This document shows, piece by piece, positions 13,691-25,129 of a stretch of 64,000 nucleotides of DNA. The stretch is from Octopus sinensis (taxonomy: Eukaryota). Positions within the stretch are counted from its first letter, which is position 1; every line of letters begins with the position of its first letter. The position numbers were made by a program, and so were the translations under genes. The stretch is taken from assembly GCF_006345805.1 (NCBI RefSeq), contig NC_043004.1:39866001-39930000 (forward strand). The letters run 5' to 3'. The notes below the pieces were generated by a model, which did no database searches, had not been told where the DNA came from, and saw only the letters and a list, made by a program, of their open reading frames with translations.

Positions 13691-14220
13691 TGACCGACAG
13701 TGTTGCACCTATAACAAACATTGACGAGTGGCATTTTAGAAGTTAAGGTTCTGTTCCATTAATGGTTCTTTGTTTTTTTTCTTCTTATTTTAATTTTTTT
13801 TTTTATTTTTCCATGATACAAAATGAATGTTACCTTTTGTAAGAGTTGTCTCTTAATATTCTCAAGTGAGGAGAGGGTGATTTGGCTCCCGTGGGTTTAG
13901 ACTAAACCCAAAGCCTTGACGCCTTTTAGAAACCTTTTTTTTTGTTATCTTCATTTTCTATTTGCATCATAATAAAATATTTTTGGGGGATTGATTTTTA
14001 TTTAAATCTTTTTTACTCTTTTCTTTTTTGGTTTCATTTAAAATTTTTTTTAACGATGCAAATATTTTGGTAGACAACTTATCAATGTATATTGAATACT
14101 TGTATGCATATGCGTGTATGTATATCTGAGTGTGTGTATGCATGTTTGTATGTATGTGTGTGTGTGTGTGTGTGTGTGCGTAAGTGAGTGTTCGTAAGTA
14201 GGAACACTAAATGGTCACCC

Positions 14221-14433
14221 TTACAATATTGTACAGCTGCCTTTCTCTTTAAACGGGTTGTCACCAGGTCGAGGGAAGCCTTTAATTAAATAATCCTCCT
14301 CTAGACGCGTGTCCGTGAATTTCTTGATATCTTCTATGCACTCGGACACTCGCATCCGGTTAATGGCAGCTTCCAGGCGCAGCTGCTCTACAATTTTCCG
14401 TTGCTGTTGCAGCCCTTCTTGCAGCTTGTTCAT
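14221..14433 (-). CDS. Ggamma1: Heterotrimeric G-protein gamma subunit (GGL domain), protostome Ggamma1 class, 70 aa, single coding exon
   Basis: MNKLQEGLQQQRKIVEQLRLEAAINRMRVSECIEDIKKFTDTRLEEDYLIKGFPRPGDNPFKEKGSCTIL has the G-gamma hallmarks: N-terminal coiled coil LQQQRxxVEQLRxEA, DYL, NPF motif and CAAX CTIL (Leu = geranylgeranyl type). ATG has A at -3. Ortholog class judged from remembered similarity to Drosophila Ggamma1. Confidence 0.95.
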   Translation of the reverse strand: MNKLQEGLQQQRKIVEQLRLEAAINRMRVSECIEDIKKFTDTRLEEDYLIKGFPRPGDNPFKEKGSCTIL

Positions 14434-14441
14434 CTTGAATT

Positions 14442-14480
14442 CTGAAACACAAAAAAATAAAAATATAAAAAATAAGTATA
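14442..14480 (-). promoter_or_regulatory. 3' splice acceptor of the G-gamma coding exon
   Basis: Minus strand reads ttttatatttttatttttttgtgtttCAG|AATTCAAGATG: a long pyrimidine tract and AG 8 nt upstream of the ATG, so the 5' UTR lies on upstream exon(s). Confidence 0.8.
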
Positions 14481-15394
14481 TAAATACATGTATTACATAA
14501 TGTTTAAAATAAATAAACAGATTCCAGCTCCCACCCCCATATAATGTGTGTGTGTGTGTGTGAGTACCTTACTCTTATTTTCACAGAGTCTAAAGGCATT
14601 GCTGTGACATATGATGTGTCGTGAGCATTTCTTAAACCTGGCATATTCCAGAAAGACCAACAGTCAGAGTAAGAGGAATATCAACCCCAGAACAAAAAAG
14701 GAACATAATCGACCCAGAGAGGATGAAAATCAAAGTTGACCTTGAATGGATTTGAACTGAGAGTAGAGAGAACAAGAACAATTACTATAAAGTCATTTAT
14801 CCAGTAGGCTAATGACACGGCCAGTCGGTCACCTTATATATATATGTCAACTCCTTGAACTCATCTCTCTTTCTCATTCAGCATCAGTTGCAATTACTGC
14901 TAAGTGTTTGTTTGCCTTCTCTCAAATTTAATTTCAAAAATTAGAATTCACCTTGTCAGCTATTTAGCATATTGTTGGTGGACTTAGTTGTCCAGCTTTA
15001 TGTTCACTAACCATTCTGAGTTATACCAGCTCATTTCAAGTGTGTGTGTAACCTGAGAAAGGGCCAGCAAGGAAACTCTTGGATTCTGGATACCCAAGCA
15101 TCATAGAGCAGAAATTGGCCAACAAAATAAATTGAAGATGATTGGAATAACACAGGACCAAGTGAAAAAAGAAAACACAGATGGAACACACCCAAAGATA
15201 GTTGTGGGGAGCTTATGTTCTGCCAGGAATCCAAACAGGTTATGATCATTAGGATCGGCTTTTCAAATAATTGGCGTGAGAAACCAAAACACCCATGCAA
15301 GCATGCAAAACAAAAGAATAAACATAAAGGAAAAAAAAAAATGATAAATCTACTTAAAAAAAAACTACAAATGTGTTTCCTCCAATGAAAATGG

Positions 15395-15900
15395 ATATTG
15401 AGAATTTTCTCAATAAAGCCAAGAGAAAAAGATGTTTTATAAACACATTCTACCAGTATACAAAGTTTAAAATTTTCATATGACACCGCTAGAAAAAAAC
15501 TGTCATTTTCTCTAGCAGTGTCATATGAAATTGTCACCCATAATTATGACCCTAGAATCGATATATTGCATTTCAATCTGTTTTAGGGTTAGGGTTAGGG
15601 GTGGGGGGAAGGGTATCTTTTTTTCTTCACAAATGTAAATAAACCCAATCTGTTTCTTAAGCGAGGGACATATTCATACGGCACAGAATGCTTTTTACCT
15701 CAATGGATGTATTTGATTGGTTGAAATTGCAGAAATTGAAGAAAAAAACCCAACAAATCTTACAAACTATAGAATTTTCTCAATAAAGCCAAGAGAAAAA
15801 GATGTTTTATAAACACATTCTACCAGTATACAAAGTTTAAAATTTTTTAGTTACCTAGAAATTATGTTAAAAACTGCCGTTCAAACCGAAATGATCCGGT
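15395..15900. mobile_element. Rearranged non-autonomous DNA-transposon-like element with internal TTAGGG repeats
   Basis: ~78-bp direct repeat (15400-15478 vs 15771-15848), hairpin 15471-15532, tagggttagggttaggggtggggggaaggg at 15585-15613, right end aaaaactgccgttcaaaccgaaatgatcc. Superfamily not assignable. Confidence 0.55.
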
Positions 15901-17134
15901 TTTTTTTCCTGATTAGTTACATATCAAGCCTAATTGAACAGACATATAATCTAAAATGTGTCAGCTGTGTCCATACTCTCTATTTATCAGACATCAAACT
16001 ATATTACACAATATATCCATTTTCTTTTCCTGTTTAATGGCTCTTTCAGAAGAGGAAGCAGCCTCAGTGACTATTTTCAGAATATCCTTAATGGTTGGAA
16101 GGAAGTTATCCTCAGATTTTAGTATGATGTAATTTGACAGAGATTTGGCTCTTATTTTCAACAGGTAAAGAAAATACATCAGGGGTCTGTTGTTAGCTCC
16201 TCGTCTCTGTTAGCGGCTGTGTTGTAATGCCTCAGCTAAAGTAAAGCTATTCAAACATCCAGTTGTAACTAGGTTATGAATTTGACTAATAGAAATTTAT
16301 TCTACCAGTTTTCAAGACTTTCAAGACTGGTGAAAGGAATAGAGGAAATTATTTTTCAGATCTGGCTTGTAATGCCTGCAACAGAATGTATTTCACTGAA
16401 GACACCCAAAGACACATGGTAGTGTTCAACTGGGCAACAAATTAATCACTGCCGCTTTAGACATAAAACGGATGAATATTCAATCACCTCATAGGTTATG
16501 TATTACAGGTCTTTCATTGGCTCTTTGAGCAGGTCATTCAACCCTGCTCTTGATTCAATCAGATATCAAGGATACAAAATCTTTAACCCATCAGAGGGTG
16601 GCAGCCAATAGAGATGGAGGTTAATCTCCTATCTATATATTCTGAATCAATATTAATATTATGGAAACATTCTTTTTATTGTTACTGCTCCCAGAGCATA
16701 TGTTGCTTAGCTTACAAGTCAGCCCTGATCCAAAAGACCTACTTTTATATTCCAGATAAAACATTTACCCCTACGTTAACCCATGTTTTCCAGGTTTCCT
16801 TTCAAGGGTGATTTTAGGAAGATTTGGTTGTTATATCATCGGTGCAATTTGAAAACATTTATTAGTTTATTTTATTCGACCACTTAATTTTGTTCCTCTA
16901 GATCGTGAGATCAAATCTCAAAGAAGCCAGCAATCCAGCTTTGATTTTCTTTGGAGATGGTCCTACATACTTTGCTATTCTTGAGAAAGGTATGGATCTC
17001 ACAGCTCTTCCATTTCTCATTTCATGAAAACACACCAGCTTTCATGCTTCATATTTTTTTTACTACTGTGTGTGCATTATATATGATGAGGATAATGATG
17101 TATTCTTTTACTTGTTTCAGCCATTTTGACTGCT

Positions 17135-17325
17135 GCCTAGCCACTACACACATTTTTTCTCTCCTTGTTTTCTGTGTCCCTTTCTGTAGAAGAGCATACG
17201 CTCAAAACGTAAAAGACTTTTTCTATTCCTGAGCGTTATACTAATACATCTGTTTGGTTTGCACACCACCTGTCTTCGTCTTTTGTTGTTTTTTTTTCAT
17301 AAACTCTCTCCCCATATATATATTT
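17135..17325 (+). mobile_element. PLE pseudo-LTR-type short element with degenerate hammerhead fold
   Basis: ccttt-CTGTAGA-a-gagc/atac/gctc-AAAA-cgt-a-aaagac; related to 17625-17795 and 28222-28418. Confidence 0.55.
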
Positions 17326-17545
17326 TAGTTTTATTTCCCACATGGGGCTAAACACAGAGGGGACACACAAAGGGATTAAGTCGATTACATCGACTCCAGT
17401 GCATAACTGGTACTTATTTAATCGACCCTGAAAGGATGAAAGGCAAAGTCGACCTTGGTGGAATTTGAACTTAGAACATAACAGCAGACGAAATACCGCT
17501 GAGCATTTTGCCCGGTGTGCTAACGATTCTGCCAGCTTGCCACCT
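17325..17545 (-). mobile_element. tRNA-derived SINE family B
   Basis: Reverse complement of the 30223-30460 copy. Confidence 0.85.
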
Positions 17546-17624
17546 TATATATGTATATACATATATTTATATATACATGCGTACAAATACATATTTATAT
17601 ATACATACACACGTGGAACCATTA

Positions 17625-17795
17625 ATCCAGACATTTCTTTTCTTTCTCTTCATTTTTTTTCCTCTCATCCCTTTCCGTCTACGAGTGTAGGCTCGAAATG
17701 TCAAAGACTTTTCCATTTTACTCAAGCATCAAATTAATACACCTGCTTCTTGTTCCCTCACCTGTCTTTGCCTATTCTTCTCTGTACATTTGAAC
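17625..17795 (+). mobile_element. PLE pseudo-LTR-type short element, second degenerate copy
   Basis: cttt-CCGTCTA-cgagtgtaggctc-GAAA-tgtc-aaagac, followed by the same T-rich tail as 17135-17325. Confidence 0.5.
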
Positions 17796-17833
17796 CACAG
17801 ACACACACGTATCTATCTATCTATCTATCTATC

Positions 17834-17859
<26 letters not shown>

Positions 17860-17864
<5 letters not shown>

Positions 17865-18210
17865 CAAAATCAATGGAAATTGTAGTTGTGATACCAGTGC
17901 CTGTGGCACGTAAGAGAACCATCCAAACATGGACGTTGCCAGTGCCACCCCGACAGGCCTCCGTGCTGGTGGCACGTAAAAAGCACCATCCGATTGTGGC
18001 CGTTGCCAGCCTCGTCTGGCATGTAAAAAGCACCCACTACACTCACGGAGTGGTTGGCGTTAGGAAGGGAATCCAGCTGTAGAAACACTGCCAGATCAGA
18101 CTGGGCCAGGTGCAAGCCTTCTGACTTTCCAGACCCAGTTGAACCGTCCAACCCATGCTAGCATGGAAAGCGGACATTAAATGATGATGATGATGATGAT
18201 GATGATGATT
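17860..18210 (+). mobile_element. Family R retroposon 3' part with (GAT)n tail
   Basis: Shares the tail and internal repeats with 999-1335. Confidence 0.85.
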
Positions 18211-19235
18211 AACATCCTGTGTTAAATAAAAGAAAAGTTTGTTGTGTGTGTGTATGTGTGTGTATATATATATATATAAATATATATAGACACTTTCTTC
18301 TTTTCTTTTTATTTAACACAGGATATAAGCACATATATATATTTACATACATGTACATATATATACATCCTCATAGGCAATGTGCTAATAGTAACTGATG
18401 ACTTTTATATGTAAATTAAGGGTTGTAGTATTAAAACTAGATTGTTCTCTACTACTGGTCTCAGTCCAGAACAGCTGAGTCAATGCTCAGTCTCCACATT
18501 CATGTATTTCTGTGGGTTTTTTTTTTTTTTGTATGTGTGTTGCAGAGGGACTATCTTGATTTGCCATACTGCTAGCCAGCTGTACGTAGCACAAGTGCCT
18601 CGATAATTGAGTCTTCCCCCCACCCACCCATTCTTTGGACCATACACAAACCAGTTTTCTGTCCTGAACTTGTCATTATATTCATGATCTGTCTTAGGTA
18701 TCTCATAATAAATGCGGGTAGTTTTTTTTTTTTTTAAACTTGTTTGCAATATAGTGTCCATACCTTTGATTCGTACAAGTAAGACCCACAAGCAAACAAA
18801 CAAACATACTATATTTTCTGGCATACACATCAATGGCAATGGAAAAGGGTACAAAATTCCACTTGTTACTCCTCAAAGAATATAATTTAAGTCAAACTGA
18901 TTATGAAAGAGAGTAGCATTTAACAATCATATGTCCTCTCATAAATTTCTAAGACTAGCCTCTACAGGGTCACAAACTGTCAGAAACAGTGGATGAATCT
19001 GCAAATTACACCCTACCAGCTTTAAAAATAAAAAGGGGTGGGGATACATTTAATAATATTGTCCAAGATACACTATACTTCAAAAAAAAAAAAAAAAATT
19101 ATCATGATTGAGATAGCTGAACTGAAGTTTATGTGATCAGGGCTAACTTGGGTAGGGAGGAACTAAACAATATGTTCTTATTGTTGTTTATGTGTGTGTG
19201 TGTGAGTGAGTGATAGAGTGATAGAGTGAGTGAGT

Positions 19236-19272
<37 letters not shown>

Positions 19273-19492
19273 TGAGTGAGTTTATGTTGGCATTAGATGT
19301 AAAAAAATTTCTTAAATGTGCATCAGAAAGAAAATGCATTCTTGCATTTCAATCCCTCATGGTTGCCTTGTCTTACACCTAAACACCCAGTAGACGTTTA
19401 TTCCCGAGGCTGACAAAATGGTATAAGACAAAAGTCCTAAAACCCCTTGACGTGGCATCCCAGCATGGCTACCGTGTCCAGTGATTGAAATA

Positions 19493-20814
19493 AAACCAGT
19501 AAAAGAATGAAAAAATTCAGTTGCTACAGGTGTAAATGATGTAAGAAGAAAACCACAATCACTCCACAGGCCTCACCCCTCGACATGATCACCACATAAT
19601 TCTAAGATTAGGAAATGTCCAATCTCTTTCAGAAAACCTATGGTGTAAAGCACCAAACAAGGGACTATTTATGTGGCCACATGCTAGAAATAAGAGCCAG
19701 TTCTTCCTCGAATCACACTTTGATGTTTCAGCTACAAAACACTATCAACATCTACTATATCACAATCACCACTAACTTATTACTCAACTTGCAAGAAATA
19801 ACAGTGAAACCTCCCTCAAATCACACCTGACTGTGCTGCCTTGATAAAAAGGAAAAAATGAATTAAATAGCCTTAAATGCCCCTGTCCAACAAAAAGACA
19901 GTATGGTCATGGTTAGAATGTCTTTCGCCATGTGCTTTGCTTGAACATGGTTGACCTGAGGCTGAAAGACAACATGATGATAACATCATCTTTGCATAAA
20001 CACAATCACTTGTAATTAAAGAGAATGAATGAAAAGTAATCCTCTGATGTTTCATCAGTTCCTTGAACTCCAACCATGAATAATACGAAGCCATTAATAA
20101 TATGAAATGAAATATCTACAATCACAAAAGCTCAAATTACTGGCCACACACATCTATACTATGACATATACTAATACCTATCAGTGCTGTTAGTGAAGAC
20201 AATGCTTCTCACTTGCAATGTCTTCTTTGTAATCTGGAGTTGAAAGTACCTACTTTTACCCTAAAGGATATGGATAAAGAATTGTTGGATGAATGAAGAG
20301 AAATGTGCCTTGGGAAGGAATTAGCAGATATTAGCAGGAATGTGATGCAAGTGAATCTAAAAAAAAAAACTCAACCTTTGGTGATGTGATAAAGCTATAG
20401 AATTCTAACACATACACACTGTCTCTCTCTTCTTGTTCACTCTTGTTGCCTGGACCAACTATAGTACATAACTGGTACATTATTTCTGGATGAAAGATGA
20501 AGTCATCCATGGCCTCACAGGATTTGAGCTCAAAATGTATGGGAATGTAATTATATACTGTAAGGAATTCTGCTAATTTCACAACTTCATGCACATTGGA
20601 AGGGAACTTTTGTAAGATAATAGTTCTGTTAATCCTAAGCATCATGAAAAGTGGTGCTTTACACCATAGGTTTTCTGAAAGAGATTGGACATTTCCTAAT
20701 CTTAGAATTATGTGGTGATCACGTCGAGGGGTGAGGCTTGTGGAGTGATTGTGGTTTTCTTCTTACATCATTTACACCTGTAGCAACTGAATTTTTTCCT
20801 CCTTTTACTGGTTT
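19493..20814. repeat. Inverted duplication: 19493-19655 vs 20652-20814
   Basis: ~163-bp arms that are reverse complements with 4 mismatches; ~1-kb spacer. Confidence 0.9.
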
Positions 20815-21061
20815 CAGGAATCGTTTGCTTCCTGAATATAGCCTTCAGGAAGCAATTCAAGGGTGAATGACTTCTAATTGACTGCTCAGGTGCCATATTA
20901 AAGCTCCAACACAGCAATGCTTGTTAAGAAAACACCAGTCAACTTGATAGAGCAGTCATCATTTAATCAGTGAATTATTTACCAATAGAAAGCAGTTATA
21001 GTGTAAAACAAGTCTGTCAAGAATTGAGTATCTCAGATACAGCTACATTAACCCTTTAAAA

Positions 21062-21389
21062 TAATAATAATAATAATAATAATAATGAAATTATTGTATA
21101 CAGTGCTCAGGTGCACCACAACTTGTCAGAAAGTGCATATAAAGCACATGCAGTAATGTACAAATGTCTGGAAAGTGAACAGTGTATGAATCAGATACAT
21201 GCTTGCGTGAGTATGGAGGGGAGAAAATCAAGTGTAGTGTTGGTGAATCTCAGGAAGCATGGAAGTTTTGAAGGATGCAGTGCTCCGACAACTAACAACT
21301 GATGCCGGCAGTTTGTTCCATGTTTCAGCAACTCTTAGCGTGAAAAAATGTTTCCGAAAGTCATGGGAGCTGTGCTGTTTTCTGACTTT
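21062..21389 (-). mobile_element. CR1-type LINE 3' end (5'-truncated)
   Basis: KVRKQHSSHDFRKHFFTLRVAETWNKLPASVVSCRSTASFKTSMLPEIHQHYT* (21389-21228) matches the CR1 ORF2 C-terminus RKxFFxxRVxxxWNxLPxxVVxxxSxxxFK; (TTA)n tail. Confidence 0.85.
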
Positions 21390-21395
21390 GTAACA

Positions 21396-21607
21396 TTTAA
21401 ACTGGTCATATCTGGCCCAAGTATTTGACCTGTTTTATATTCAAACCAGCCAGATCTGTGTCTCACACCTACTCTACAATGTTATTCTAAAAATAAACAA
21501 TCACATCATTGAAATCCTGAAGTTACAAGATAACGCATGATTAATTGAAAGCAACGTGAATAATCAAACATTACATTTAACAGGGTAATTTTAAATACTA
21601 AAGGGTA
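21396..21607 (+). mobile_element. piggyBac-like MITE family M, 5'-truncated
   Basis: Internal match to 31043-31270; ends in actaaagggt. Confidence 0.7.
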
Positions 21608-21671
21608 CAAATAGTGGTAACAGAATTGCAAATGATCAATCTCTCAATTGGTTGGTGTTGTTGGTTTAGAC

Positions 21672-21952
21672 CACGCCTGGCCAACTTGAATTACATTGCG
21701 GGGCCATTTTAATCAGGGAAAGTTTTTTGAGTACTTTATGCATTCAAATTACAGAATCAAGAATATTTCATACTTTTCGTTTGTTTAAAATTATAAAATT
21801 GTAGACTATAGCTTTGTTGCTACTTATAAATTTAAAATTTATTTTGAATCAAATGTTTTACACAATTTTATTTTGAAATTGAACACAATACTTCAAGATA
21901 GTATCAAGCGGGCCAAAAATGTGGCCCACGGACCTCAGGTTAGCAAACCCTG
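21672..21952. mobile_element. hAT (Charlie-like) MITE
   Basis: Exact 8-bp TSD GTTTAGAC at 21664-21671 and 21953-21960 (NTCTAGAN-like target); ends cacgcctggccaac ... gttagcaaaccctg; subterminal gcgggcc motifs. Confidence 0.85.
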
Positions 21953-23329
21953 GTTTAGACCTAGATGAGCCCTACATGAATGGACTCAAGTTCAAAGGAT
22001 TTTCAAACAGTGACCATCCACCTTTTCTCTTCAAGAATTACATTACCGATCATCTTCTTCAATCAATTTTTTCCTTCTAAGATATTAAGGCATAATTTGA
22101 GGGAGATTTTACTGCTGCTTCAAGCAGATTAAATGACTACATAGAGGATCTTTGTTGACTTATTTTAGCTGATTTCAAAGTAATATATGTCCATAATGGG
22201 ATTTTCATCAGTCATAAGTACAAGCATACCTCAACATTCACCATTTCGAGTTACATTTTTGTTATGTAGTTTTCTTTTTCAAGAAATCAATGGCAAAAAA
22301 TAAATCTCAACTTCAGTCAATTTATCTGACTTTACATGGTCTCAGCAAGCATATTTAAAAGCATAAAAACTTTTTTTTGTTTTTTAAAAAGCACCTACAA
22401 ACCAATATTGAAGTAGAGAATCAAATATAATCCATGTGAAAATATGTACAAAACCATTTATTAAAACAGGTGTAAGCTAATAAATTTTCAAAAAGGTCTA
22501 TTTTTTTCTTTTCATGATTTTCAAGTCAGGTTGCATGGCTGGGGAACCATTACAGACATCGGTTGAGGTACGCCAGTAAAGTGAGTTGACAAGGACTAGG
22601 AATTAAAACTGTTCTGCTATGGAATTAGTTTCTTCAAAACTTACTCCTACATAGCAGCACTGGCTACTTCAGACATACGGTATATCTGAACCGGAAATGA
22701 ATCTATGAATATTTATTAGGTCAAAATGTATTTGCGTAAATTTGGTTGCAATATCCCAAAATGAACATTTACATTGATGAAGATTTCCTATGTAAAATAA
22801 ACCAATTTCCTTATAACAGAACAAGCTATTCTGAGTAAGGTAGACATACGATATAAATAGTTAGATCGAATTATAAAATGTGTGTATGAGCAGAATTATG
22901 AGGTTGAATAACTATCGTTACTGTCTGAGAGATTTAAATGAAGAGTAGTATCTTAACTAGAATTACAATTATGTCGGTGATGATGGTGATGGATGCTGGT
23001 GATTTCAACAGTAAGACAGATTGAAATTCAATGATGTATTGAACATCTGGAATAAAAATTTGGGATGGAGACAAGTGTTGTGTAAATGTGTGTGTATGTG
23101 TGTGCACGTGCATCTGTATAAATGTCTAAGTCCCTAGTGCGTATATTGCAGCCAAGTGCTACGTGGTTGCATAGAACCAGTGATTTATTAGACCCAAACA
23201 TGTCTAACATGGGTATTTTATTATCATGAAAGCAACACTAGCAAGATTTTCTCACAGGACTTTCAGCATCCTCTATCCAGTCTTGGCATCTTACATTAAG
23301 GCACAACCCAAAAAGGTAGCCAATGATAC

Positions 23330-23365
<36 letters not shown>

Positions 23366-23459
23366 GCAAAGGATGAGAAAAGTTAAAGAGTGATCAAAGT
23401 AGATATATCTGAAGAGATTGTATGAACAATTGAGAACTGTATCACTATAAAGTGCATAG

Positions 23460-23773
23460 TGGAGGCACATGGCCTAGTGGTTAGAGCAGCAGACTCGCAG
23501 TCGAAGGAAGGATTGCGGGTTCGAATCTAAGACCGGCCGATGTGTGTGTTTATGAGCAAAACACCTAAGCTCCACGCAGCTCCGGCAGAAGGTAATGGCG
23601 AAACTTCTGCTGACTCTTTCGCCACAACTTTCTCACAGCACTCTTTCCTCCTGCATCTTGCAGCTCACCTTCGATGGACCGGCGTCCTGTCCAGGTGGGG
23701 AACCTATATGCCAAGAAACCGGGAAATCGGCCCTTATGAGCCAGGCATGGCTCGAGAAGGAACAAACAACAAC
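23460..23773 (+). mobile_element. Full-length tRNA-derived SINE (family C)
   Basis: A box TGGCCTAGTGG, B box GGTTCGAATC, (AAC)n tail, 13-bp TSD ATAAAGTGCATAG at 23447-23459 and 23774-23786. Confidence 0.9.
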
Positions 23774-24244
23774 ATAAAGTGCATAGGGGGAGACAGAAAG
23801 AGACAGACAGAAAGAGACAGTCATGCCAAAATTGGGCTTCTGCATGGTAGTCCCATCTGCAAGAAATAACAACCCAATCTCCTTAAGCCAGACTTTTTCA
23901 ATAAGGAAACCCTAAATAAATAATGTGGTCCTAGATACACTGTATTATGAATGAAAAAAGGAAAGAAAACAAAAAGCAGTATGCCTCTTGCAGATTGATA
24001 TGAGCTAAACAGCAACAACCACAACAATATTAAATATTAAATTTAGGGTAATGTACATTCACTTATGTATGAGTGTATATATATATATATATATATGCTA
24101 TTGCACATAGGTATCTAAAAATATAGTCCTACTGCATCTATATAAGTAGTAACACTAGTAATGGTGATGTTAGTGGTCATCTATGCTATAAAAAGACAGC
24201 CTACTATCACTATGACTGAATAAACTCCAGTGTTTGTGCGTGTG

Positions 24245-24439
24245 TGTATCTTTTACTTCTTTCAGACTGTGGCCATACTGGGGCACTGCCTTGAACAGTT
24301 TCACATCGAATGAATTGACCCTGCTACTCGCTTTTCTGTTAAGCCTGGTAGTTATTCTATCGGTCTCTTTACTGAACTGCTAAGTAAACACACCAACACC
24401 GGTTGTCAAGTGATAGTGGGGTACAAACACAGACATGGA

Positions 24440-24445
<6 letters not shown>
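24245..24445 (-). mobile_element. SINE family A, 3' part
   Basis: Reverse complement of the ...gatagaataagtactaggct...ctccagcatggccgcagtc..gaaacaagtaaaag tail. Confidence 0.75.
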
Positions 24446-24479
<34 letters not shown>

Positions 24480-24540
24480 TATAATATAATATGAAAAAAC
24501 AAGTAAAAAATAGAAAATGCTAAAATAATTTTATAGTGAA

Positions 24541-24588
24541 CATTTCAGTACCGGTTTCGGTCATTTTGAGACCTTTTCAACTGTAACG
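24541..24588 (-). ncRNA. Mirror copy of the U3-A8 hammerhead
   Basis: Exact reverse complement of 25130-25177. Confidence 0.75.
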
Positions 24589-25129
24589 ATTAAATAATTA
24601 AATTTTGAAAAATTAGAAGAAAAGTTTTTTTAAAAGAATATTTCTATAGTAGTGTTCAGATTTAAGTGGCATTCTGCCTTTCTCTGACTCCCTTCATCGT
24701 CGTCATAATCATCACCACCATCACCATCATCGTCATCTTCTCCTTCTCCTTCTCCTTCTTCTTCTTCTTCTTCTTCTTCTTCTTCTCCACCCCCTACCCT
24801 TAAGTTTGTCACTAATGTTTTTTAGTATAACACCTACGCTAATTCTATAAAGAAGCCTGTCAATATAAATATTCTCCTGAATTGAACTGAGACTGCCAGC
24901 CGCCACTGACCATTCAAAATACAACCATCAGGGCACTCCCAGATTCTCCCACCCCCCTTTCCTCACCAGCCTTCTCTCTACTACCCTACCAAGAGCTCAC
25001 AACTACCTCGACACACAAGTGCAAACAGGGAGTCAGAGAAAGGCAGAATGCCACTTAAATCTGAACACTACTATAGAAATATTCTTTTAAAAAACTTTTC
25101 TTCTAATTTTCAAAATTTAATTATTTAAT

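Noticed and set aside
15585-15613. Telomere or telomere-healing site
   Set aside because: Only 2-3 TTAGGG units, embedded in an interspersed element.
18480-18854. 124-aa minus ORF with a protein-like middle (YEIPKTDHEYNDKFRTENWFVYGPKNGW...)
   Set aside because: Bounded by poly-A-derived Lys runs, no usable splice sites on that strand and no recognisable family.
20331-20645. 104-aa minus ORF in the spacer of the inverted duplication
   Set aside because: No transposase or other motif recognised; starts right at the duplication breakpoint; likely chance.
23461-23540. tRNA gene
   Set aside because: A and B boxes are present but there is no complete cloverleaf; it continues into a SINE body with tail and TSD.
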